Shown here: positions 47,790-64,000 of the stretch, in pieces
How the letters are laid out: each line of letters begins with the position of its first letter
Numbering within the stretch: the stretch's first letter is position 1
NCBI RefSeq assembly: GCF_009914755.1
Contig: NC_060927.1
Source: the human T2T-CHM13v2.0 reference genome, Homo sapiens
DNA length: 64,000 nucleotides
Strand: one strand, 5' to 3'
Notes under the pieces: model-generated
What the model saw: only the letters and a program-made list of their open reading frames with translations
The model's database searches: none
What the model was told of the DNA's origin: nothing
Translations under genes and position numbers: made by a program

Positions 47790-48320
47790 AGTCAGATACC
47801 ATCTAACACTAGTCAGAATGGCTATTACTAAAACGTCAAAAGACAGCAGATGCTGACAAGGTTGTGGAGAAAAAGAAATGCTTGTACACTGTTGGTGGGA
47901 GTGTGAATTAGTTCAGCCATTATGGAAGACAGTGTGGCAATTCTTCAAAGACCTAAAAACAGAAATACCATTCAACTCAGCAACCCCATTACTGGGTAAT
48001 ATACCCAAAGAAATAGAAATCATTCTATTACAAAAACACATGCACATGTATGTTCATTGCAGCACTATTCACAATACCAAAGAGATAGAATCAACCCAAA
48101 TGCCCATCAGTGATAGACTGGATAAAGAAAAAGTAGTACATGTATACCATGGAATACTATGCACCCATAAAAAAGAAAAAGATCGGCCGGGTGTGGTGGC
48201 TCACGCCTGAGGAAATGGATGGAGCTGGAGGCCATTATCTTTGACAAACTAACACAGGAACAGAAAACCAAATATTACATGTTCTCACTCATAAGTGGGC
48301 ATTGAACAATGAGAACACAT
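47790..48320 (+). mobile_element. L1PA/PB ORF2 C-terminal fragment
   Basis: HCWWECELVQPLWKTVW motif (47878-48210), ending near 'aacaatgagaacacatg'. Confidence 0.88.
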
Positions 48321-48595
48321 GTTCTCCCCACAAATCATATCTTCTTATATATAGTAAAGTGGCAAAAAATAGCAATGAGTGAAAATTCTGTTGCTGAGAA
48401 ACTTATAACTTCAAATGTAAACATTTTTAATTCTTTTTTTAAATCACAAAATCAGAATATTTATTTTGTTCTTTTTCATATGACAGTGTTAAAACATTCC
48501 TACTACAGCAATATTGCTCTCCAGGAGCTTACAATCTAAAACAGTCAACGTTATTTGTAGACCCCAGTAAGTAAGGCATTATATCAAATGCAGAC

Positions 48596-48898
<303 letters not shown>

Positions 48899-49767
48899 TG
48901 ACGAAGTAGCTGGAGAGGGCAGGATCAAAATTAAATGACATGAAAATGTATTCCCCTCCACCTGCTCCTTGTAAGGAACCCCTTATGACTAGAACCCAAG
49001 ACCAGTACCCACAGCCTGAAAGGGAATTTCAGACAACCCTACCATAGAAGTAGTAAAGAAACCTTAATCTCTAGTCTCCTAGTGGATACAGTGAGGATTC
49101 CATTTGTGGAAAATGGGGATGCTGGGAGTTCCTCCATCACAGACTAGAGATAGCACCCAAGATTCTGTAACTCTGGGAAGGGTACCAGCCTTATAGAAAT
49201 TCCAGTGGGGCAACTGCCTCTTGAAGCATGCTTAAAGTCTCTAACAGGTTTATAAATGCCAATTTCTGATTGGTATTTATATCCACAGCATACCACTGTC
49301 TACTGCATCAGGAGGGCTATGGAGATTTAATACAGTAGACATGAGATTTAAAAAACTGAAAGAAAAGGGAAAGGACAGCAGAGTAAGGGGGCCAAAGAAA
49401 TGGTGATGCAGTCTTCTAACAGATGTGAACAGGGAAGGAGGAAAAGAGAAGTTTAGATCCAAAACGAACAAAGAAGTCAAGCATTACATTCCAAATGAAC
49501 AGGTATACAGAAATGAAAAGTTAATGAAATCATTGTATTATCACAATCCAAGAGCTCAAGATGGAATTTAAGCTTTTTCTCCTTCACTGGCTTCATCCTT
49601 TGGCAGCCAGTCTAAGAATCTCTGAAATTCATATTTTTCAGGAGATTATCTCTATCCTGAATACCTGTATCTCTATCCTGGATACCTGAAGACCTAATCT
49701 AAACTGCTATTTATTTATTTCTGTGAATTTCAAAGTCATAACATTTTGTCTTAACTGGCCTTGAATT

Positions 49768-50084
<317 letters not shown>

Positions 50085-51149
50085 TGGCCTTACTGATAAG
50101 GTTCTGTTGTTGGGAGGGTATTCTATGGCATTTCATGCTGAGATTTGTAGAGAGCACCAGTGTCACTATTAAATATTGATTTCTATTGATTTCTCATGGT
50201 TTTATGATTCCTTGGCTTGGGACAACAGGCTGTATTACACCTTTGTGTTGGACTTTGTCAGTACCTGTCATTCACCCTGCTCATGTTAAGTATCATCATT
50301 GCAAGGTGATGGAATGAGAGAAAAGCACAAATCTCTAAATGTTGGTTCTTGGATTTTAACCTCAATCCAGTAGGCTCATAACCCTCTCTTGGTTCAAAGC
50401 CATACAAGTATACATTCCTTGCTCTCCAATATTTAACTAGCACCCACAGAGAAAGTACAAAGGCCAACAGGATAGCTGTGTTTTGTTTCCTCTGCCCTGA
50501 GACACAACTAGATCTAGCACCAAGGAGGGCAGGATTTAACAGATCAGCACACAACGAATCAATTTAAAGAGGTAGTTTGAACCGGGAATAAGACTGCAGT
50601 GTAGACTACGACTGAACAGAATAAAAATCCTATGTGGTTCTTCATTGAGAACAGGGGTTTTGGCCACTTGTAATGTAATTAAACCCCCACTAATAACAAA
50701 GATGCTTATATAGAGGATGAGGATCTGCTTGGTGTGAGCACAGTTGTTGGAGCCTGAGGAAAATCTGGCCATCAGCAAACCACACCCTGAGTCTTTCCAA
50801 AGAGAAAGCTCTGCTTTTGCCCTTCTGGCTCATGACTGGTAGATTTACAGTGCAGATCAAAGGTCTCTCTCAACAATCAAACTACTTCCAAGAAACCATA
50901 GACCTTTAAAAATAAAGGCCAGTGATTTCATACAGGCTAGTAAAAATACTTTGGCTATAGCCTTTCACGGATGTGTGCTTGGGCACACATACACACAGGT
51001 GGAGCTCAATAAATGTGGAATGATTAGGTATTGATCAGCAGTATTTATGTGTGAGTTAAGTCCAGACACACCATCTACCAATCAGCAATTCAAATTTCCA
51101 TGCCCAATACCAGACAGCCAACCTACCAGGTAATATTTCCTTAGCTTAA

Positions 51150-51292
51150 AGCAGAGATTCTCAAAGTGTGGTCCCTTGTAACATCAGCAGGAACTCAGAA
51201 GTGCCACTTTGGGGGCTTTTGATTGAGGCCCAGCAATTAGTGTTTTAACAAGCCTGTGATTCTGATGCACACTAAAGCTTGAAAATTACTGT
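51150..51292. mobile_element. MER5A fragment within the retrocopy 3'UTR
   Basis: 'cagagattctcaaagtgtggtccc ... ttttaacaagc ... gattctgatgcacactaaagcttgaaaattactg'. Confidence 0.75.
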
Positions 51293-51647
51293 TTTAGAGG
51301 CAGACATGTGAAAACAATAATGGGAAAAATAATTCAAACTCTTTTGCTTCACTTCAGCTGGAACAAAAAGTAAACTGAGAATGGTTTTACTTAAAAATAT
51401 CTATTTCTATTTTCTCAAATTGATTGTCATTTTTTGATTGGCAAGTTCATGCTAATCAAAGTGTTAAGTGGGAATGCAAGTCAATGAGTCAGCCATCCAA
51501 GAATACACACTCTGCAAGCTGTAAGTCTGTATTTAGTTTCAAACCGCCCCTCTGCACACTACAAAGATTTTGGTATAACGCATTGCATCTAGAGAAAGGC
51601 ACAATGTATTTCCCACTCATTGAATCCAAAAGCTGGACCTTCTTTTC

Positions 51648-51949
51648 TTTTTTTTTTTTTTTTTTGAGATGGAGCTTCACTCTTGTCGCCCAGGCTGGAG
51701 CGCAATGGTGCCATCTTGGCTCACTGCAACGTCCGCCTCCTAGGTTCAAGTGATTCTCCTGCCTCAGCCTTCTAAGTAGCTGGGATTACAGACACCCACC
51801 ACCACACCCAACTAATTTTTGTATTTTTAGTAGAGACGGGGTTTCACCATGTTGGCCAGGCTGGTCTCGAACTCCTGCCCTCAGGTGATCCAGCCTGCCT
51901 TGGCCCCCCAGAGTGCTGGGATTACAGCTGTGGGCCACTGCGCCCGGCC
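51648..51949 (-). mobile_element. AluS within the retrocopy 3'UTR
   Basis: TSD TGGACCTT(C/G)TTTTCT. Confidence 0.93.
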
Positions 51950-51959
51950 TTGGACCTTG

Positions 51960-52010
51960 TTTTCTAATGTTCTAATGTTAATGTTCTAATGTTCTAATGG
52001 TTCTAATGTT
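51960..52010. repeat. Short tandem repeat, unit TTCTAATG
   Basis: About 5-6 imperfect copies. Confidence 0.85.
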
Positions 52011-52344
52011 AAGTTTGAGTTCTGGGTTTAGTTGGGCGAGAATTTCCCTCAGCTGCCATCAATCCTGGCTGAAGTTAACCCCTTTCCATCACTGACCCAG
52101 GGCAAAAAAAATGTACTTACTATTTGTTAAACATCCAGAAAGGAAGCAGATGATAAAGTCAATGAACAAAAAGCTACATGGATTAGATAAGAACATATAA
52201 CTTGGCTCTAAGATGATGGAGAAGGAAAAGACATCTCATGGGTGGCTTCTCCTTAAGAGAAATGGGAATCTCAGCTTATTAGAAAAAACAATTTGGGAGT
52301 TTACTGCTTTAGCTCAGAGACTGTAAACTAAACCTCTGTTGAGC

Positions 52345-52346
<2 letters not shown>

Positions 52347-52386
<40 letters not shown>
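52347..52386. repeat. (GT)20 microsatellite
   Basis: Perfect GT run. Confidence 0.97.
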
Positions 52387-52389
<3 letters not shown>

Positions 52390-52493
52390 TGCACAAAGAG
52401 GAGGAAGAAGGGATGATTGGAGCAGGAATCACGTCTTCAAGTCTTGAACAGCTTCCCACTGCAATCGATAAGGCCATGCCATAGAGTTTGACG

Positions 52494-53067
<574 letters not shown>

Positions 53068-54339
53068 TTTTTCCAAGAAAAGTTGAGAGTCAGCAGAAGA
53101 TTCTTCCCAGGTCAAGTCCAGCCACTAGAGCCTCTCTCTCCAAATCTTAGCCTGTCACCCCCTCACGACTCCTCGAATGGCCCCTCCACTTCTACCCGGC
53201 TCGACATGTCCACGACCACCACCGAAGCCGAGGATTTCCCGCCCCCAACATTTGTAATTCTTAACAGTGTAGCATATTTACAAAGATTGGAAAGACATTT
53301 AATAAAATGTTAATGATAAGACTGTGGGTTGTTTTATTGCCTTTATGCTGTTCAATATTTTTTCAGTTTTCTATGATGAACCTGTCTTAATTTATAAACT
53401 GAAAAAAAATACGTGAACGGTGTTTTAAGGCATCTGCTAAAATGTCAACTAAAAATAGTATCCCATTTTAATTTCAATTCACCGATTCATAATGTTAGTA
53501 TTAAATATTTTTCTTTGGTGTACTTTTTTAAATAAAAGAGAATAAAAATTATCTGTTTGGATTAATAATCTTGGATAATAGTCACCGAAAGTATGTATTT
53601 TTTCTTTTATTTAAACCATATGCAAGATTGTAGCATTCTTGCTTTATTTTAGAGCAGTTTAGCCTGTGTTAAGCATTTCAACTTGTCTGGCTGCTTGAGT
53701 TTATAGACTTAGCTCTGCTACTTTCCAGCCCATAACTGTAGAAAACTACTTCCCCTCTCTAATTTTTAGTTTCCTTTCAATTGGAATCTTAATAGCGTCC
53801 ATATTATAAAGGTCATAAAAAAGCAATTTATCATCATTGCCATGATATATGATTAACTTGTTTTTGATTTATGTTTCTGTGGGTCTAGCAATATTATTTA
53901 AAGAGAATTTTGAAGGCTGTTTTACGTTAAAAATTATTTATGTTCTGAGGTCTGAAAAGTTAAATAGCATAGCTCTAACCAACTCCTCTACCACCCAACA
54001 TTGAAAATCAGTAATAATCTACATTATCTAATCATTATAACAAATTCGTGAAGTCGGCAGAGTGGTATTTTCATTTTACATGTATGGACACTGAGGCCCA
54101 GAGAGGTGAAAGAAGCCCCAGAAGACACAGAGGAGGCCAGAGTAGAGCAGAGGGCTTCCGACTTGCAGACCACACTGACCACAGTGTGCACAAGCAATTG
54201 CTTTCCAGTTGAGTTTAACTTTTAATTCCAATATGGCCTCTCTGGTTTCTCCTCTGATCTGTGCTGGGTCCATCATTCCATCCCAATCTCCCACACTCTT
54301 CCCATCAACCAAGCTGTGCTGTACAGTGAACTTTCCCAC

Positions 54340-54665
54340 CAACAGACTAATGCTTATATTGGTGCTTTGCCAGAAGTGCCTACCATCCTTCAAGGCTAAA
54401 ATCACCTTCTTCTTCCTTCATAAAATATTTCCTAATTTACTTCATTTGGGGCTCTGTTTAATTTTACCCTGTTTTAAATCCTGATAACTCTTTGTTTTTC
54501 CTCTTACTCAGCACTTATAATGCTCTGTTTTGCATTTCAGTTATTTGGGTGTTTGTCTTCTCTCAACACTTCTACTATTTATCTTAAAACCCCTGAAACT
54601 ACCCAGCATAAAAATGACTTAAAATGAGAGATGCCTAATGGACATGTATTGAATGAATGAATGAG
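54340..54665 (+). mobile_element. L2 3' end
   Basis: 'catccttcaaggct...aatcacctt...tattgaatgaatgaatga'. Confidence 0.6.
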
Positions 54666-54790
54666 TTAATGATGTAGCAGGCAAATAAGTACCTATTTTA
54701 AAATATTTATTTCTGAAACAAGCTTGGAGGCACACATCATAATGTATAGAAATACCTCCCTTTGCCTGAGTATTTTAATGTAGCAAGTGA

Positions 54791-55157
<367 letters not shown>

Positions 55158-55699
55158 TCAATTGTCCTTGGGTCTGATCTCATTAATATACTGAAAAGGA
55201 ATTTTCTTTCCTTTTCTGGCACATTAACTCCTACAGACCACAGAGATGAGGCACTCAGAGAGAATTTCCTGAATACCAAACAGATCAGAGAGTGAGGGCT
55301 GGAGCCCATCGTTGACAGGTACGCAGCCAATCTTTTCCTGGTGGGTCAGGGTATTCCTGCCCAGGGCAACATCATATTCAGCTGATTTGTTTCACAGACT
55401 GCTCAGTATGGTTAGACAGACTGGTTGAGAATGTTGTCTTACATATGACATAGTGGATGATATAATAGTATCTAATGCAAAATGTGATTCTAGAAATTGG
55501 GAGAAATATGCATTTCAAGTTTTAATGCTCGTCATCATTTCTTAAGACATGAGTTTTATGTGGTTTTAGATAGCTCTAAGTGGTTTATGCAGTGTATTTT
55601 ATCTATTAAGAAGTCTTGAACTTCTTGAATATGCAAACTAAAGGTATAAAAATCAATTTGGATTTTCGAACCAAAGAACCTGTGTTTTTGAAAAATAAT

Positions 55700-55997
55700 T
55701 TGGGAAGGGGAGAAAATGGTGAGATGTAGGTCAAAAGATACAAACTTATGTAACATTAATAAGTCTAGAGATCTAGTATATAGTAGAAGGATTATAGCTG
55801 ATAGTATCATATTATTAACTATATTGTATATTGAAAATTTGCTGAGAGAGTTGATATCAGATGCTCCTATGACAAAAAAGTAACTATGAAAAGTGAAGGA
55901 TATGTTAATTTGCTTACTTACAGCAATTATTTCACTATGTACACGTGTAACAAAGCATTATGTTGTATACACTATATACAATACAAATAAATAAATA
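55700..55997 (+). mobile_element. L1MA 3' end fragment
   Basis: 'ggtcaaaagatacaaactt...aataagtctagagatcta...gtaactatg...ggatatgttaattt'. Confidence 0.8.
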
Positions 55998-56037
55998 ATT
56001 TGAAAAATAAGTTTTATGTTTACAATATTTTAATTTA

Positions 56038-56380
<343 letters not shown>

Positions 56381-56769
56381 ATTAGAAGGCCTTAGCTTTT
56401 TTGGATGATAAGCTACTTTTTATTGTCTGAAATTCTTAGTAACCCCAATGTAAATGAAAGTCAACTTTGCCAAAAAGGAAGTGCAATGGGAATTTCCAGA
56501 ACATTACCAGCAATGAATGTGTCAGAGGCTTGGAGGTGAGCCAGATGAAACTAAATTAACAGATGGGTGATCTCAGAATATTTGATGAAAAGAGTTTTTA
56601 ACAGGATCTCCCCCACATCCCAAAACAATCAATGTAGCTCTTAAAGTTGGAGCTTGGGATCAGAAAACTCACCTCCTTTGGGGTAGAGTGATGTGATGAA
56701 AAACTATAGACCTTACAGTTAAATTGATCTGTATTTAAATCCCCCATCTCAGCTGCTTTCCAGCTATGC

Positions 56770-57282
56770 TGTGGTGGTAAATTTTATGTGTCAACCTGAT
56801 GGAGCCATGGGGTGCCCAGACATTTGTTTAGGCATTATTCTGTGTATGTCTGTGAGGATGTTTTTAGATGAGATTAACATTTGAATCCGTAGACTAAGTA
56901 AGGCAGATTGCCCTCCCAGTGTAAGTGGGCCCCATCCAATCTGCTGAAGTCCTGGAGAGAACAAAAGACTGAGTAAGAGAGAATTCACACTCCCTGCTTG
57001 ACTGCTGGGACATCAGTATTCTTCTGCCTTCAGACTCAGAGTAAACCTTACACCATCAGCTCTTCTGACTCTCAGGCCTTCAGACTCAGACTAGAACTGT
57101 TACCATTGGCTCTCCTGGGCCTCCAGCTTGCCAAATGCAGATCTTGGGACTTCTCAGTCTCCATAATTATATGAGCGAATTCCTCAAAATAAATATTTTT
57201 ATTATACTAAGATAAATATCACATACACACACACACACACCCCTATTGGATCTGTTTTCTCTGAAGAACTGAGACTAAAACA
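56770..57282 (+). mobile_element. MLT2 (ERVL) solo LTR, inserted in a MIR
   Basis: 'tgtggtggtaaattttatgtgtcaac...ggggtgcccagacatttg...cctattggatctgttttctctgaagaac'. Confidence 0.88.
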
Positions 57283-58832
57283 TATGTGATCTTGGATAAG
57301 CTGATTAACCTTTCAATTTCTGGATTCAAAAAGCACAAAATATTGCCGATCATTAGAGAAAATATTTGTGATGTATTTTATAAGTATCTATAAGCATCCA
57401 ATATTTTAAATCTGTTATTGTTACTGTTTCCCTCAGGATTTAGATAGCATTGTTCCAAAAAATAATTATCTTGCTGTTTGTATTTTAGGTAACATATAAA
57501 ATAGTTTGTAAATGGAAGGTGAGTCAAAGTAGCTTAAATGAAATATTTTTACAGTATGTTTAGTGTTCTTTCAAAAGCCCCGAAGTGTATCTATAACTTT
57601 AAATAATAAAGTCTTGAAAATTAAACCAAACTTTGACATTAGTACTTTATATGCACCATGTTCCTTTATTATGTGCTTTGATTTTGAGACATCCTGAATC
57701 TTCACTGGGTTTCTGTTGTACCAAACTTGGCAAGCTAAGCCAAGGAGGAAATAGGACATGTCTCTCTCTTGATGGACAATAAAGTGTTCCCTCTTGTTTA
57801 CAGCACTCTTTCCCTATTAGGTCATGCCAATTTGGAGACTGACAAAAACATGGCATTGAGACTACTTAGACGGCATTTTAATCTGGCTACATAGAACTTC
57901 ATGTGCTATTTGGGGCACACATTTATTATGGCCCCAGTGAATAGAACAAATCCTGACCACGAGGACCAATAAAACATCGTTTATCACATTACACTGGTAT
58001 CCAACTCCCACTCAGCAAAGCTGGAACAAATAATCCAAGCTTGATTATAATTGACCAGGCTATGGACTCAACCCTAGAAATGAATCTTGGGGGTAGCTGT
58101 CACTGAGCCCATGTAGGCAACAGGGCCAGACCCAAGTGAAGTTGTGAAGCTGTGAATATTGCTTGTTGGTGACCTTCATCTCCTATTTGTATCCTATTTT
58201 CCTCCTTTCCAGGCCAACTTTTATTATGTTCCTCGTTTCTTTTTTGTGGTCTCTCTAAATGCTTTATTCCTGTTGCAGTTAAAGCTGATTTATACTTTGG
58301 AATCAGTGGCTTACTATTTTACCCTTTCAGTTGTATTTGTCTTTTAAACAAAGATGGCAGCTATAGAGCAATGCCTAGCATAAAGATGCCAATTTGGAGA
58401 CTTTTAGTTCCATCTCTACCAATTAGTTGGTACGTAGCCTTTCTGGGTCTAAGTTACTTCTCTGTAAAGTCAGGTCAATAAAAATTACCTCCCAAGTTAC
58501 AGTGAAAATTAAATAATAACAACTGTAAAAAGTGTTTGGTAGGATTTCTAGTTTCTGGCCCAGCATGTAAGGAGGTTGGAAGACACCACTCTATCCTAAC
58601 AACAAGTAAAAAGCTAAACTTAAAAATCAACAGCTCCTCCTAGATCCACAAGATAAGTGAAGTCACAAGGAAAATCACTGCCCCCAAAATTTGAATGACC
58701 AAGAGGTGAATACAGAGAATCACAACGCGGCAAACAGAAGCTCGCAAGTAGCCACCTCCGCCAGAACCAAAGCCAGAGTAGGAAAAATCTGAACTGTAAT
58801 TGACGAATTGCTGAAAGTTCAATGTAAAGAAC

Positions 58833-59194
58833 TGATATGGTTCAGCTGTGTCCCCATCCAATCTCATCTTGAATTGTAGCTCCCATAAGCCCTACATATC
58901 ATGGGAGGGACCCAGTGGGAGACGATTGAATCATGGGGGACGGTTTTTTCTGTGCCGTTCTCATGATAGTGAATAAGTCTCACAAGATCTGATGGTTTTA
59001 TAAAGGGCATTTCCCCCGCACACACTCTCTTGCCTGCCGCCATGTAAGACGTGCCTTTGCTCCTCCTTCACCTTCTGCTGTGATTCTGAGGCCTCCCCAA
59101 CCATGTGAAACTGTGTCAATTAAACTTACTTTTCTTTATAAATTACCCAGTCTTGGGTATGTGTTTATTAGCAGCATGAGAACACACTAATACA
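58833..59194 (+). mobile_element. THE1 (B/C-like) solo LTR
   Basis: TGATATGGTT...ACTAATACA; TSD A(G/C)AAC. Confidence 0.92.
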
Positions 59195-60361
59195 ACAACT
59201 TTGAGAATTAAAAATTCCAGGGGGACCCAGCTGGGGGAAGCGGGCCTACACTTTTGTTTGTCTTACCTGCAAGAGATCTATCAGGTCAGCAGAGTGAATA
59301 TTAGAGAAAAATACCCCTGTGCTTCTGGCAGGAAGAGGGGAGGTAAAGGAACCATTTTGAAATACACTAGAGCATTTTGTTCTTCTTAACAAGGTCTTTC
59401 CTCCCGATAAATAATTTAACAAGAGCCAAACCTGCTGGGCTTTTATCAGAGCCTGACTGACCTGGAAGAAAGAAAATGCCCAACTCCAGCCTGCTCTGGC
59501 CACCCTGTTCCACCAAAGGTGAGGTTGGGAGGACTGAGAAGTATGCATGAAGTTCACAATCTAGAGGCATAGACTCACTAAAAGAGCCCAATCACAGGAC
59601 TACAGAATGCTTCCTACCCTGCTTACACCTTACTACCATACTACTAAGGTCTTGTTTATAGCAGTTTCTTTCACCCAGTACTTAGTTTTCTAGCTATCTA
59701 GAAAAAAATACACGACATATTAAAAAGCAAAATAAAGAGTTTAAACAGGCAGAGCAAGCATCAAAACCAGAATCAGATATGGCAGGAATGTTGGAATTAA
59801 CAGGGAATTTAATACAACTATGATTAATATGCTAAGAGCTCTAATAGATAAAGTACAAAGCATGCAAGAACAGATGGGCAATGCAAGCAGACAGATGGAT
59901 ATCCTAAGAAAGAACCAAAAAGAAATACAAGATATCAAAAACACTGTAACAGAAAATGCCTTTGATGGGCTTATTAGTAGACTGGACATAGCAGAGCAAA
60001 GAATCTCTGAGTTTGAGGATATCTCAATACAAACCTCCAAACCTGAAAAGCAAAGAGAACAAAGACTGAAAAAAAGAGAATAGAATATCCAAGAACTATG
60101 GGACAACTATAAAAGGTGTCACATATGAGTAATGAGAGTCTCGGAAGGAGAAGAAAGATCAAACTACAAGACCCAGCTATATCTTGTCTATAAGAAACCC
60201 ACTTTAAATATAAAGGTAATATAGATTACAAGTAAATGGATGCAGAAAGATATACCACACTAACAATAATCAAAGGAAAGTAGGAGTGCTATATTCATTT
60301 TAAACAGAGCAGACTTTAGAGCAAGAAAAATTATCAGCAATAACTGATAGCAAAATATTAG

Positions 60362-60717
<356 letters not shown>

Positions 60718-60998
60718 GGTCTATAGTTTTCTTTAATGCCTTTGTCTAGTTTTGGTATTATGGTGATGGTGGCCTCATAGAATGAAAAGGAAAGGTGGAG
60801 GTTGCAGTGAGCCGAGATCACGCCATTGCACTCCAGCCTGGGCAAAAAGAGCGAAACTCCTTTTAATAAATAAATAAATAAATAAATAAATATTATCAGA
60901 TTGAATTCAACAATGTATAAAAAGAATTATATATTACAACCAAGTGAGATTTATCCCGGGTATGAAAGGCTATTTCCACATTTAAAAATTAATTAACG

Positions 60999-61238
60999 GG
61001 GCCAGACGCGATGGCTCATGCCTGTAATCACAGCACTTTGGGAGGCTGAGGCGGGTGGATCACGAGGTCAGGGGTTTGAGACCAGCCAGGCCAACATGGT
61101 GAAACCTCATCTCTACTAAAAATATAAAAATACACACACACACAGACACACACACATTAGCCGGGTGTGGTGGTGCACACCTATGATCCCAGCTACTCCA
61201 GAGGCAGAAGCAGGAGAATTGCTTAAACCCAGGAGGGT
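60999..61238 (+). mobile_element. 3'-truncated Alu with (CA)n in the middle linker
   Basis: Alu head, linker expanded into (CA)n at ~61132-61156, ends mid right arm. Confidence 0.9.
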
Positions 61239-61254
61239 TTAAGGTCATTTACTA

Positions 61255-62312
<1,058 letters not shown>

Positions 62313-62313
62313 A

Positions 62314-64000
62314 TGTTGCTTTTCTGGCCAGAAACATCTGTGGCTGGTGGCGCCTTTGCCTAGGTTTTGCTCAGGACTGCTGGGCTCATTCCACCCACTT
62401 GGCCTGGCAGGCTGCATTCAGCTCACGCTACCAGCCTGGACCTCACCCCTCCAAGGAGACTGCAAGTCAGGTGTGGAATGGTGAGGGGTGTGTGAGTGAG
62501 CATGGGGTCTGGCCACTGCACAGTCAGACACGCTGTTGCTACCATGGGGCAGGCAGCTCCAGGTGCCAGCATGGGTGCCAGCTCTCTGCGAGCCTGCAGC
62601 TGTACCAGGCACACCACAAGTAGCTTCCCCAGCTGGCACTGGGGAATGAGTGGTGCCCAGTAGCTTGGAGATGCCAGGAACTGCAGGGCCCCAAAGAGGG
62701 AGTCATAGTCCTGGCTCAGGATGCTCCCAGGTCTGGGGTCCCTGAAGGGCCGCAGCTTTTCTCTCCTTCTCTTTGCCCATAACATGGCGAGCAAGGGTCT
62801 TGTCTCAGCCCTGTTTGTGGGGCATGTTTCAGCCCTGCTTGTGTTACAGCTCTTTTAGCCTCGCCATTTGGTGGGGCCCAAGTTCTTGTCCTGCAACCAG
62901 GAAGAATGAGGTATGCAGACAAGTGGAGGGTGAGCAAGACAAAGAGGAGCTTTATTGAGGATAGAACAGCCCAGAGGAAACCCACATGGGGTATCTCGTT
63001 TCCTCAGCCAGGGTGTCCTGATGAGTGTTCAGCTCCTAGCAGAGAGGAGACCCTAGAGTAGGGAGCTCCTCTTTGCAGGCAGGTCATCCCGTTGAGTGTT
63101 CAGCTTACAGCAGAGAGGAGGCCCTAGAGTGAATAGCTCCTCTCTGCAGACAGGCAGGCCCATCATCTCTGCAGCTGTCAGCAGGGAGAAGGTCCTAGAG
63201 TGGGTGGCTTCTCTCTGCAGGCAGGTCCCCTCATCTTCTATGATCTCCCTGTTCTCTCCCCAAGTCTGGCTGAGTCTGGGCTTTTTATGGGCCTCAGAGG
63301 GAAGGAAGTACTTGCTGATTTGTCCATGGGTGGCCATGGGCAGGCCCAAGGAAAAGCACCACAAGTTCCTCCTCTGGCCCGAGGGACTGGCGATGGTGGC
63401 CCCAGCCTTCCAGCCCTCCCCGGCTTAAAGGTGGGGCTTCACTGGGGACCAGCCCTCTTCTGCCCTGGAGCCTGCTTCCTGCCACTATTCATGGTGCCCA
63501 GGCTGTTCATGCCAAAGAGTATCTGCAGGCCAGTGCCAGGCTGTCCTCAGCACTACCTTGGCCTCCCTCCCATGCTTGTCAGTGCACAACATCAGGAGGG
63601 GGCTGAGACAGCAGGAAGCTGGCATGTAAGTGCTGCCCCAAGCATGTGCACACCCAGCCAGGCTGTGAAAGCACCCAGTCTTGGTGTCATCCTTGCTCTG
63701 AGATCAGATCAGGTGATGACAGTGGGGAGAAATCAGGCAGTGGGAGCAGTCACTTCTGAACCTCAAGGGGTGGAGCAGGGAGGGATAAGGGGAAATTTCC
63801 TGGGCCCCCAAGAGCACAGAGATGCCCAGGTCCAGAGTGGCAGCAGGGCGGCTGCAGCTGTACCCAGAGAGCTTCCACCCCACCAATTCCAAAGGGGCGG
63901 GCTCCCACTTGTCCCTGGCTACCACCAGCTCCATGGAGTGTGCAGCCCTGGCCACACTTCCTTACAGTCTGGGGCAAGGGCTCCAGGTCCTCACTGGGTC
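62314..64000 (-). mobile_element. MER52-family ERV1 LTR (runs off the window)
   Basis: 'ggccagaaacatctgtggctggtggcgcctttgcc...ttttgctcagg...gctgggctcattccaccca' is the reverse complement of the MER52 3' end; internal 'cagagagga.gccctagagt' repeats; minus-strand AATAAA at ~62951. Confidence 0.8.

Noticed and set aside
49647-49688. 21-bp tandem duplication in the retrocopy 3'UTR
   Set aside because: Ordinary micro-duplication; useful only as a possible paralog-distinguishing marker.

Overview
Primate, very probably human, intergenic DNA, mostly interspersed repeats: many Alus, nested L1s of several ages, MaLR/ERVL/ERV1 LTR elements (including a complete THE1D provirus), and the DNA transposons Tigger3, MADE2 and HSMAR2. 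No intact protein-coding gene, RNA gene or CRISPR array is visible. The one gene-derived feature is a full-length (~4.8 kb) processed pseudogene of the copper transporter SLC31A1/CTR1 on the minus strand (48436-53246). It has a 5'UTR, an intronless frameshifted CDS, a long 3'UTR, a polyA signal and a 16-bp TSD. From memory this is SLC31A1P1 at 3q26, near TNFSF10; that placement is unverified. The non-repeat islands hold dense IRF/STAT/NF-kB/AP-1 motif clusters (~11.9-12.1 kb, ~35.6 kb). An ISRE + E-box promoter-like region near 43.8 kb has a perfect minus-strand splice donor downstream, suggesting an interferon-responsive lncRNA first exon. Also notable are several locally templated insertion or rearrangement scars inside old repeats. 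I cannot support a wholly new biological system here; these are the best leads. Repeat subfamily names come from recalled consensus sequences, and boundaries are approximate unless a TSD is quoted.
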